From Mobula hypostoma (lineage: Eukaryota), in the NCBI RefSeq assembly GCF_963921235.1, contig NC_086108.1, forward strand, positions 55,616,001 through 55,680,000: a stretch of 64,000 bases of DNA. The letters are read 5' to 3'. Position numbers and translations under genes: made by a program. The notes under the pieces were generated by a model. The model ran no database searches, was not told where the DNA came from, and was given only the letters and a program-made list of their open reading frames with translations. Shown here one piece after another: positions 46,103 to 57,092 of this stretch (the stretch's first letter is position 1; every line of letters starts with the position of its first letter).

Positions 46103-46816
46103 AAAACAACCTCTCCCTCAATGTCGCAGAAACAAAGGAGCTGGTTGTGGATTAAAGGAGGAATGGAGACGGGCTAACCCCTATTGACATCAATGGATCT
46201 GGGGTTGAGAGGGTAGACAGCTTTAAGTTCCTCGGCATCAACATCACCGAGGTCCTCATATGGTCTGTACGCACCAGCTGTGTGGTGAAAAAGGCACAAC
46301 AGCGCCTCTTTCACCTCAGACGTTTGAGGAAGTTTGGTATGGGCCCCCAAGTCCTAAAAACTTTCTACAGGGACACAATTGAGGGCATCCTGACTAGCTG
46401 CATCACTGCCTGGTATGGGAACTGTACCTCCCTTAATCGCAGAACTCTGCAGAGGGTGGTGCAGACAGCCCGGCGCGTCTGTCGTTGTGAACTTCCCATG
46501 ATTCAGGACATTTACAAGGACAGGTGTGTAAAGTGGGCCCATAGGATCATTGGGGACCCGAGTCACCCCAACCACCATCTGGGAAATGGTACCACAGCAT
46601 AAAAGCCAGGACCAACAGGCTCCAGGACAGCTTCTTCCACCAGGCCATCAGACTGATTAACTCACACTGATTTGAGTGTACTCTATATTACATTGACTGT
46701 TCTACTTATTATAAATTACTATGATTGCACATTGCACATTTAGATGGAGATCTAACGTAAAGATTTTTACCAAACATACATGTGAAGGATGTAAGCAATA
46801 AAGTCAATTCAATTCA
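46103..46816 (+). mobile_element. Rex-Babar LINE 3' fragment
   Basis: NNLSLNVAETKELVVD; KKAQQRLFHLRRLRKFGM...ILTSCITAWYGNC. (caatt)n tail and atacc TSD. Confidence 0.9.
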
Positions 46817-47049
46817 ATACCTGTCCTGTATTCTGTGCAATTGGTCTTTAAGCACTCTCACATGACAGATGTGACTTGCCGAAAAATAGTAGTTCCCAAT
46901 TAACTCTCCGAAATTCCCACCTAATGTCCTCATAATTTACCCTGCCCCGTTTTAGTACTCTCCCACAAGGTCCATACTTATCTATAGCTATCTTAAAACT
47001 TAAGAAGCTGTTGTCACCGTTCCCTAACTATTCAGCCACTGAAACATCT

Positions 47050-47524
47050 CTTTAAAATCTTTTTATTATTATTATCCAAAATTAACGCGAGTACATCGAA
47101 GTAAACAACACTTACAATGTCTCAAGAAAAAAAAACATTATTTTAAAGATTGAAAAAATTTTGGTGATTAAAAAAAACCCTACTAAGCAAGAAAAAATGG
47201 GAAAAAAAAACCATTAGGTGCTCAACCCTGGAGCCATGCATCATACAAAAAGCTTCTAAAGATAAACATCAAACTGCCAGCAAGAAAAAAAAATGTACCA
47301 AAAATTTACAATTAGATCGTGGAGGAAATTTATTAACTCAAATGATAATAATGAGCAAATGAACCCCATCTTTTCTCAAGATCAAACATAGGTTCATAGG
47401 TTCGACTTCGAATTTTCACCAAACTAAGACATAGCATCACTTGAGAGAACCATTGTGACAAAGTAGGAGCCAATGTACCCTTCCACTTCAACAAACTGGC
47501 CCTCCTCACTATCAGACTGCACCC
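47050..47524 (-). mobile_element. L1 3' fragment with a 9-bp TSD
   Basis: Encodes LIVRRASLLKWK...QWFSQVMLCLSLVKIR...RWGSF (L1 ORF2 end), T-rich 3' UTR, aataaa. gaaacatct at 47041-47049 and 47525-47533. Confidence 0.85.
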
Positions 47525-47892
47525 GAAACATCTGTCACTTGCTCAGGCTCATTACCCGACACCATGTCCTGTACAGCCCCTCATTTTGTTGGACTATCTA
47601 CATATTTACTCTGCCCCATCTAAACCTTTTGCACTCAGAAAATACCAATTTATATTAGGAAAGTTGAAATCCCCCCTTTTGTTTTTACACTTTCCTTAAC
47701 CTGCCTGCATATCTGTTCCTCAATGTCCCTAACCTATTGGCTACTGGGGCAGCGGGGGGGGGGGGGGGAACGCGGTTGTAACACAATCTTATTAGCATGA
47801 TTGCACCATTTCGAATTTTGAGCTCTCCCCATATAGAGTCAGTGGATGAGCCTTCCATTATGTCTCCTCTGAGTGATAAGTAATGCAACTCC

Positions 47893-47925
47893 TCTGTCTC
47901 TGTCTCTGTCTCTGTCTCTGTCTCT
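47893..47925 (+). repeat. (tctctg)n microsatellite
   Basis: Directly visible. Confidence 0.9.
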
Positions 47926-48814
47926 ATCAAAATATCAAAACCCTAGGGCATTAAGTACTCATTCCTGTTCCTCTCTCGACCAAGTCTCTGTAATGACCAC
48001 AATATCATAGTTCCGTGGACTGATCTATGCTCTACATTCATCACCTTTACCCATAATAGTCCAAACAGTTTTTACTGGCCCAGACATCTCTCCACCTTCC
48101 TCTCCATCCTTCTGCTTTCTGTTCTGGTGCTCTGGTTCCCATCCCCCTGTCAAACAGTTTTAACCCTTCCACATAGTCCTAGCAAACTTCCCAGCCAGGG
48201 TATCAGTTCCCTTCTAGTTTAGTTTTGGTGCAAGCTGTCCCTCTTGTACAGGTCACTCCTGTTGCAGAAAATTTCCAAGTATTTAAGAACCTGAAACCCT
48301 GCTCCCTGCACCAGTTCCTCAGCCACTCATTCATCTGTACCATCCTCCCATTCCTGCCCAAATGATGACGTAGCAATCCTGTAATCCTGAGATAACTACC
48401 TTGGAGGTTCTGGCTCTTCAGCCTCTCTCCTAACCCTATACTCACTGTTCAGGATCTCTTCCCCTTTCTACCCAGGTATGCATTGGTACCAATGTGCACA
48501 ACGGCCTCTGACTGCTTACTCTTCTTCCTGAGAATATCCTGCTGCCATTCTCAGACATCCTTGACCCTAGCAGGTTGTGGATTTCCTTTTATTTTAAGAC
48601 AGCTGGACTTCGCTCCAAAATCATTCCCGAGTGAGTCACGTTTCATGTTGACATATGAATTCAGGAGTACCCTTGTAAGAATTGTATAACCAAGTTAGCT
48701 TTAAATGAACTTTCTCTGCAACAAAACAAACAATTTTTGAGTTCACCTATGCATCGGATATTCATGTCTAATCAACTTACTTTTAACGGCTGTGGCACAA
48801 CCAGGAGTATGTTT

Positions 48815-50270
48815 ATCTTGGATTCAGAATGTTGCTGTTTTAAGCCCTACTCCAGAGACACAAGTGGCAAATGAAATACAATGTTGGGAAGTGTATGGCC
48901 ATGCACTTCAGTGGAAGAAATAAACGGGCAGACTATTATTTAGATTGGGAGAGGATTCAAAACGCAGAGATGCAAAGGGACTTGTGAGTCCTTGTGCAAG
49001 ATATCCTAAAGGTTAACCTCCAGGTTGAGTTGGTTGTGAAGAAGGCGAATACAATGTTGGCATTCATTTCTAGATGTATAGAATATAAGAGCAGGGATTT
49101 GATGTTGAGGCTCCATAATGCACTGGTGAAACCACATTTGGAGTATTGTGTGCAGTTTTGGGCTCCTTATAGGATCTACTGACATTGGAGAGGGTTCAGA
49201 GAAGATTCACGAGAATGATTCCAGGAATGAAAGGGTTACCGTATGAGGGACGTCTGGCAGCTCTTGGGCTGTATTCCCTGGAGTTCAGGAGAATGAGGGG
49301 GGATCTCATAGAAGCATTCAGAGTGTTAAAAGGCCTGAACAGATTAGATATGGCAAAGTTATTTCCCATGTTAGGGGATTCTAGGACAAGAGGGCACGAC
49401 CTCAAGATTGAACGATGCCCTTTTAGAACTGATTGCGGAGAAATTACTTTAGCCAGGGGGTGGTAAATCTGTGGAATTTGTTGCCACGAGCGGTTGTGGA
49501 GGTCAAGTCATTGGGTGCGTTTAAGGTATAAATAGATAGGTGCTTGATTAGCCAGGGCATCAAAAGGTATGGGGAGAAGGCAAGGGAGTGGGGATGACTG
49601 GAGGAATTGGATCAGCCCATGATTGAATGGCGGAGCAGACTCAATGGACTGAATGGCCTACTTCTGCTCCTATATCTTATGGTCTTACAAGTATGAAATT
49701 CTAAGCTAATAAGTTGCAGTATTGAAGGTGCACTGCATTGCTGAAGATATTGCCCTTTTTTATTCCTTGAATGGATGCAGGCTTTTCCAGCTGAGCCAAC
49801 ATTTACTTGTCCATCTCGATTTGTCCACGTGAAGGCTGTGACCAGCATCTACTTGTCCACCCCTTAATTGCTGAGAGGAAGGTGGTGATGAACTGCTTTC
49901 ATGAATTACTGCAGCCCTTGAGGAATGGGTATCCCCACCATGTTGTTAGGGAGGGAATATGCCCAACAGCAATGAAAGAAATGCAATCCATTTCCAAGTC
50001 GGGATGGTGTGGCTTGGAGGGCAATTTCCAGATGGTGGTGTTACCTTGTTTTAAGTGCCTTTGTTAAACTGATGGGCCTGTTTCTCTGACCCTGGTGAAC
50101 CTCAAAGATTCCATGTAACAATTCTGAGAAGAATAGGAAGTTATATCAATACACTTGTCAATATTTGTTCTGCAATCAGTATCACTAAAACAATTTATCT
50201 GGTCACTGTTGTTTGTGAGATATAACTGTTCAAGTTAGATTTTGTGTTTCATACTTAGCAACAGTTTCTG
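48815..50270 (+). mobile_element. Ancient Deu-domain SINE (SacSINE1/AmnSINE-like) split by two later insertions
   Basis: Head tcagaatgttgctgttttaagccctactccagagac (48825-48860), middle gcagtattgaaggtgcactgcattg (49715-49745), Deu-like tcactaaaacaatttatctggtcactgttgtttgtgag (50180-50220). Match is to a recalled consensus. Confidence 0.6.
48863..49690 (+). mobile_element. CR1 3' fragment
   Basis: VKPHLEYCVQFWAP; ERVQRRFTRMIPGM. tcttatggtctta tail. Confidence 0.92.
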
Positions 50271-51029
50271 AAAGATAAAGCAAAGATCTATAGACAAATA
50301 TAAAAGAATAGGAGGTGAATTTTTTGAAATATAAAAATATGTTTCAAGTCTTTATAGGATAGCTAGAGAGATGAACGGGGATTTAGGGGAAAGAGTTACA
50401 AATTTAAAGTAGGCACCAAAATAAAATAGGAGCAGGAGTTGGCCATCAGTTCCTTAACACCTGCCCCACCATCTAATATGATCAAGGCTCATTCATCCTG
50501 GCTTTAACTCCTCTTCTGTGACATTTCTCTCTACCCCTATGTTCCTTGATCAGTCAAATATCATCCACTCCACTTCAAGTACTTCAAATGATTCGGCTTC
50601 CGTCACCTCACAGGGCACAGATTCCCAGAGGTTCACCGTACCCTGCAATGAGAAATTTCCACGTACCTCAGTTTTAAAGGGCTATCCCCTTACCTTGTAG
50701 TTATGCCCTCTTGTTATTGAACACTCCAACATCAATCCTGTGGAGCCCCCTAGGATCTTATGTGGTTGACTTTGTTCCCATTCAGAATGGAGTGATTGAC
50801 AAGATTAACCTTTCCAGGAGTTAATTATCTAACATCTAATAAAACAGGCACCATAATTTATTCACAAAGCTTCTAATAGTCATAGTTATAAAGCCTATGG
50901 ATCAAAGCAGTCAGGTTTTATAATGTATGTGGGAAGATCACTTTCAATTAGCTGCTGTTGAATTCTTGCCTTTCATAGGAAAGTGAGCTTTCTATCTTGA
51001 GCTTATTATAGCTTCAAAGTTAGTCCGTC

Positions 51030-51930
51030 AAGATCCAGGATGGCTTGCTTCTATTTTAATTCTATTATTTCTGAGGTGTTTCCCAAGTCAATGTGATATC
51101 CACAGGGCAGCACAAGATTCTTGAATGTGCATGAAGATCAGTACATACTGTGGAAAGTGTTGTGCTCCTTCAGTCATTTTTGTTGGGGTTTTGTGTGCTC
51201 CTAATGAGAAGGTGGATGTTGGAAGCTTTATCTTTCCAAGGGATTTGAACAATTTTGCAGAGGAAGCATAAGTGGCGTGTTGCCAGTATTTCAAAGCGCT
51301 TAGTGAAGATTGTAGATCTTTCTGAAGTATAAGGAGGGTGGCATTTCTACTGCTTATTTGTTGGTCATTAGTGTACTGTTTTTGAGTCCTGATCTCTCTA
51401 ATCCCCAAACAGCATAACACTCTGCTGGTGTACTGGGGGCTGTGGAGAAAATTGTCATCGACATGAATCATCAATGAGAATTTCCACACATTTCAGGATC
51501 TTACTCTGGATATTTATTGGTGGAGGATGTGATATGATCACAGTTTGTGCAGTTTTTCTTATGGATATCTAGGGTAAGATCCATTTTCTTTCACTTTGGA
51601 GTGAGTAAGTCAAGACTTGGAGCTGGGTCTCCGAATATGTGTGTATGTCATCTGTTTACTGATGTTGGTCCAGGAGTGAAGATGATGAGGGTTCATCCTG
51701 CGGGCTAGCTCCATGTCGGCAGGAATCTTTTGCAGTGGAGGTACAGAGTTACAGTGAGAGATATTGCTTGACATCATTCAACACTGAGACTGTGTCAGTG
51801 GTGAAACCACTGATGAGAATTATGTGAAGGATGTATGATTTTGATATACATCTGAGGAGAATAAGATTTCAGAAGAATTTTCCACAGTATCTCTTGGATG
51901 AAGGCTTATACAATGTCAGAAAGGACCATG
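51030..51930 (-). mobile_element. RTE-clade LINE relic
   Basis: Highly decayed RT and C-terminal similarity read by eye. A similar relic lies at about 22150-22560, and an RTE-like EEVNACWRENFKEFLN occurs near 55420-55510. Confidence 0.4.
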
Positions 51931-52264
51931 TATACTGGCTAATGCATTTTACCTTTTCATATTTTCTAACAACATAGAAAACCCATTTAGCTCGTCAAGT
52001 TTATGCAGGCTCTTGGGTCTACCCTCTAAATCTCAGTCCCTGCATTTGTTTCCAAAAAATCCATTCTCTTACACATTGTCATTAATACCTCTTCTCATTA
52101 AACTACCCTTGTATTGTTTTGTGGTGAAAGCCATTGTGCCTCATGATGGACAGAATCTACTCGGTCTTCTTCAGCCACTAGGAGCGATCAGTTGAGGAAG
52201 ATCATTGCAATGACTTGCAGACATTTGGAATTTGGATCTATCTCTTTTAAGAGATAGTAATGAT

Positions 52265-55200
52265 TAAGACCATAAGACATAGGAGCTGAATTAGACCATC
52301 TGGCCCATTGAGTCTGCTCCACCATTCAATCATGGCTGATCCTTTTTTTTATATCCTTCTCAACCTTAGTTCCCAGCCTTCTCCCTCAGCCATCTTTGAT
52401 GCCATGTCCAATCAAGAACCTATCAATCTCTGCCTTAAATACACCCAATGACCTGGCCTCCACAGTTGCATGTAGCAACAAATTCCACAAATTCACCACC
52501 TTTTGACAAAGTAATTTCTCCGGTATCTCTGTTTTGAAAGGGTGCCCCTCACTCCTGAAGCCACACCCTCTTGTCCTAGACTCTCCCACCATAGGAAACA
52601 ACCTTTCCACATCTACTCTGTCTAGGCCTTTCAACATTCAAAAGATTTCAGTGAGATCCCCCCCTCATCCTTCTGAATTCCAGTGAATACAGACCCAGAG
52701 CTATCAAACGTTTTTTGTATGATAACCCTTTCATTCCTGGAAGCATCCTTGTGAACCTCCTCTGGACCCTCTCTAATGCCAGCACATCTTTTCTAAGATG
52801 AGGGGCCCAAAACTGTTCACAATACTCAAGGTGAGGCCTCACCAGTATCATAAAACCGCAGCATCACATCCTTGCTCTTGTATTCTAGACTTCTTGAAAT
52901 GAATGCTAACGTGGTATTTGCCTTCCTCACCACTGATTCAACCTGCAAGTTAACCTTAAGGGTGTTCTGCACAAGGAATCCCAAGTCCCTCTGCATCTCA
53001 GATTCCTGGATTTTCTCCCCATTTAGAAAATAGTCTGCACATTTATTTCTACTACCAAAGTGCATGATCATGCATTTTCCAACATTGTACTTCATTTGTC
53101 AATTTCTTGCCCATTCTCCTAATCTGTCTAACTCCTGCATCCTACCTGTTTCCTCAACACTACCTGTCCCTCCACCAATCTTTGTATCATCTGTAAACTT
53201 GGCAACAAAGCCATCTATTCCATCATCTAAATCATTTATATACAGCATAAAAAGAAGTGGTCCCAACACCAGCTCCTGTGGAACACCACTAGTCACTGGC
53301 AGCCAACCAGAAAAGGATCCTTTTATTCCCACTCACTGTCTCCTACCAATCAGCCAATGCTCTAACCATGTTAGTAACTTTCCTGCAATAACTTGAGCTC
53401 TTAACTTGGTAAGCAGCCTAATGTGTGGCACCTTGTCAAAGGCCTTCTGAAATTCCAAATAAACAGCATCCACTGCATCCCCTTTATCTATCCTACTTGT
53501 AATCTCCTCAAAGAATTTCAACAGCTTTGTTGGGCAGGATTTTCCCTGAAGGAAACCAAGCTGACTTTGTCCTATCTTGTCCTGTGTCACCAAGTACTCC
53601 ATCACCTCGTCCTTAACAATTAATTTCAACATCTTCCCAACCACTGACAGGTCTATAGTTTCCTTTCTGCTGCCTTCCATCTTTCTTAAAGAGAGGAGTA
53701 ACATGTGCAATTTTTCAGATTTTTGTAAGATCATTTCTAATGTCACCACAATCTCTAACACTACCTCTTTCAGAACCCTATGGTGCAGTTAATCTGGTCT
53801 GGGTGACTTATGTATCTTTAGGTCTTTAGCTTTTTGAGCACCTTCTCACTTGTAACAGTAACTGCACCCACTTCTCTTCCTTCACTCACTACAACATCAG
53901 GCATATAGCTAGTGTCTTCCACAGTGAAGACTGACGCAAAATACACATTTAGTTCATCAGCCATCTCCTTGTCCTGTTATTATTTCTCCTGCCTCATTTT
54001 CCAGCGGTCCTATATTCACTCTCATTTCTTGAATAAACTTTTACTATCCACTTTGATATTATTTGCTAGCTTGCTTTCATACTTTATCTTTTCCCTTCTA
54101 ATGATTTTTTTTAGTTGCTCTCTGTAGGTTTTAAGAACTTCCAATCCTCTATCTTCCTACTAATTTTTGCTTTGTTGTATGCCCTCTGTTTTGCTTTCAC
54201 AGTAGCTTTGACTTGTCAGCCATGGTTGTACTATTTTACCATTTGGGTATTCTTCATTTTTGGAATGCACGTGTCCTGCACCTTCCTCATTTTTCCCAGA
54301 AACACATGCCATTGCTGCTCTGCTGACATCCCTGCCAGCAGCTCCTTCCAATTTACTTTGGCCAACTCCTCTCTCATACCACTGTAATTTCCCTTACTCC
54401 ACTAAAATACTGCTACATCAGACTTTACTTTCTCTCTATCAGATTTCAAGTTGAACACAATCATATTGTGATCACTGGTTCCTAAGGGTTCTTTTACCCT
54501 ATGCTCCCTAATCGCCTCTGTTTCATTACACAACACTCAACCTAGTATAGCTGATTCCCTAGTAGGCTCAAAGACAAACTGCTCTAAAAAGCTGTCTCTT
54601 AGGCATTCAACAAACTCACTCCCTTGAGATTCATTACCAACCTGATTTTCTGATTGACTTGCATGTTAAAATCTCCCATGACTACTATAACATTGCCCTT
54701 TTGATACGTCTCTTCAATTTCCAGTTGTAACCTATGGTCCACCTCCCAGCCACTGTTGGGAGGCTTGTACATAACTGCCATCAATGTCTTTTTACTGTTA
54801 CACTTTCTTAACTCAACCCACAAGGATTCAATATCTTCTGATCCTATGTGACATCTTTCTACTGATTTGATGCCATTCTTTACCAGTAGAGCCACATCAC
54901 CCCCTCTGCCTACCTTCCTATCTTTCCGATATAGCGTGTAGCCTTGGACATTCAGCTCCCATCTACAACCATCTTTCAGCCATGATTCAGTGATGGCCAC
55001 AACACCATACCTGGCAATCTGTAATATTGCAACAAGATCAGCCACCTTATTTCTTATACAATGTGCATTTAGAGTACCGTATTTGCTATCCTTTCTGATT
55101 CTGCATCCCTAATGATTTGATACTCAGCCTGTTGGCTGCAACTAAGTCCCATCACCTGCCTGTCCTTCCTGACAATCTGACTGCATGCTATCTTTACTTT
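52265..55200 (-). mobile_element. CR1 LINE, whole ORF2 region, degenerate (same subfamily as 2490-5010)
   Basis: APE ADLVAILQIARYGVVAITESWL; RT SGVPQELVLGP, FTDDTK. taagaccataagac tail. Confidence 0.93.
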
Positions 55201-56037
55201 TATAACCCATTTTTCAACTCATACAGATTCAGCCTTCTCTTTGCATATGAGTAAAATTAGGTTCATAACTTGTGTCCAGATTTAGGAGCTTGAATACATA
55301 TACCAGCAGAAATAAGGTTAATTTGGTGTTTGGGCTTCACACTGCTTGTGGTTCTGCTTGTCTGGAATGGTGGGAAGTTTGCGTCAGATAGTACATTGTG
55401 GAATGGAGTCAAGGTCACTCTCATAGTCTCATGGTTCAGGAATTCCTTGAAGTTCTCTCTCCAACAGGCATTAACTTCTTCACAATCCCTGACAAGTTCT
55501 TCATCCCTGGCTTTCACTAAGAAGAACATTTGGAATGTTTGCACCATAAATGATCTTGACATCATAGAAGAATCCACATGTGGTCCTTATTCTGACCCCA
55601 GTGATATTAATTTCACTGGTTGGGAAACAGCTCCAGCAATTTTTATTTTACTGTACACTGGCAGTCCGTTCCAAGTAAAATAGAAAATCCACTTCAGGAT
55701 TCTGTATGTGCAGATTACAGCTCACAGTAACAGGAGTCTAAGAAAGTTTTTGTGTGCATGTATTACGGTATATTCGGATTACGCAGATCTGAAATGTCAG
55801 AGAGATACCACTAACTACGATGATTCTTCGCTCTTCTTTATGGGACTTTCCTGTAAAACATCCCAATAAAGTACATTTCTCCTTCAGTGAGGAAGATATT
55901 AAACGAGCTCGTCTGTCTGCTAAACTCGGGTTTGTAATTCCTTTCTGCACAGGAGTGTTTCTTTCATGCTTTGAATAGCTGTTAAATTTAGAAAACTTAT
56001 CTAGCATTTCATGAATATGTTTTTGTATAATTACACT

Positions 56038-56533
56038 GCAAACATTTGCTTGGCTTTATTTATCTGAACTGTCAGGCTTTGGATAATTTTGCTGTTTTTA
56101 TTATATCATAACAAATAGTGAAATGGAGGTTTCACCTGAGTACACTTTCTTGGGTCTGAAATATAACTGCATCAAGTGCATGAGGAAAAACATTGAGTTA
56201 AACTTGTGACGTGAAATATTAACAAAAGTATGTGAATAAAATTGTAATGAAGACAATCTATTTGTGAGGACATTCACTGCATTTGTGGTGAGGATAAATT
56301 TGTACAGGATCTCCCCAGTTTACGATTGCCTTACTTAAAATGCATCTGGTACATACAAACACAAACATTTGGGAGACCTGGAGTATGGATGTTCTGGCTG
56401 TCGTGGGGCAAACATTTGCTTGGTTTTATTTATCTGAACTGTCAAGCTTTGGATAATTTGCTGTTTTTATGATATCATAACAAATAGTGAAATTAAAGTC
56501 TCACTTGAGTACCCTTTCTTGGGTCTGAAATAT
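56038..56533 (+). repeat. About 126-bp direct duplication (56038-56164 and 56408-56533)
   Basis: gcaaacatttgcttgg...cttgggtctgaaatat present twice with few differences. Confidence 0.95.
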
Positions 56534-56626
56534 CTTCGGCCACTGCTACACTTCAGATATGAACTGTTTGTGTTGTTAACACTGTGGGGACAGGACCTCG
56601 GAGTTATCTGGCGAGCAGCTGTGTAG
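56304..56626. mobile_element. Old Tigger/pogo-like MITE carrying a copied flank segment
   Basis: ta-caggatctccccagtttacg left end and a decayed right end ...gcagctgtg-ta. Contains a duplicate of 56038-56164. Confidence 0.45.
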
Positions 56627-57092
56627 GTGTTGCATTCATTAATATCGTACAGCTTAATGCAATTTAAAAGTTGGTATTTCTACCAATTGGCTCATAAAAT
56701 TAAAACATTGTTACTTTCAATTTTGTGCTTTACCATGATTATTTTAACCATTGTTCATATGCTAATTTTGATGCATTAGTCGATTTTCTGTTGCCCTCCT
56801 TAAACCTCATCCTACTTGGCATTTACAAGTACGTTTACAATTAAAGGTTACTTTTTCAGTATGACAATAACTTCAAAACTTAGAAGAAAACAATGGTTGA
56901 AATGATGTGTCTTAGATGTGTTTACTCCTTACTGTTATATTCTACATTTAGTGACTCAAGGTGGTATTATTTCCATAGCTTTTCATACATTTAAATAACT
57001 TCTTTAAAAGTTTTATTGATCTGTGACAATTGTAACTGCAAAGCTTTTTTTTTACTTTATTCACCCTTGAATGACAACAGTGGGTCATTTCA

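Larger units (their letters stand above)
40626..48570 (-). mobile_element. Old near-full-length CR1 fragmented by nested insertions
   Basis: Collinear pieces: 3' end at 40626-40670, 41331-41515, 42221-42526, 43826-44705 (RT), 45860-46102, 46817-47049, 47525-48570 (APE, and ORF1 esterase QMNEWLRNWCREQGFRFL). Confidence 0.8.
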
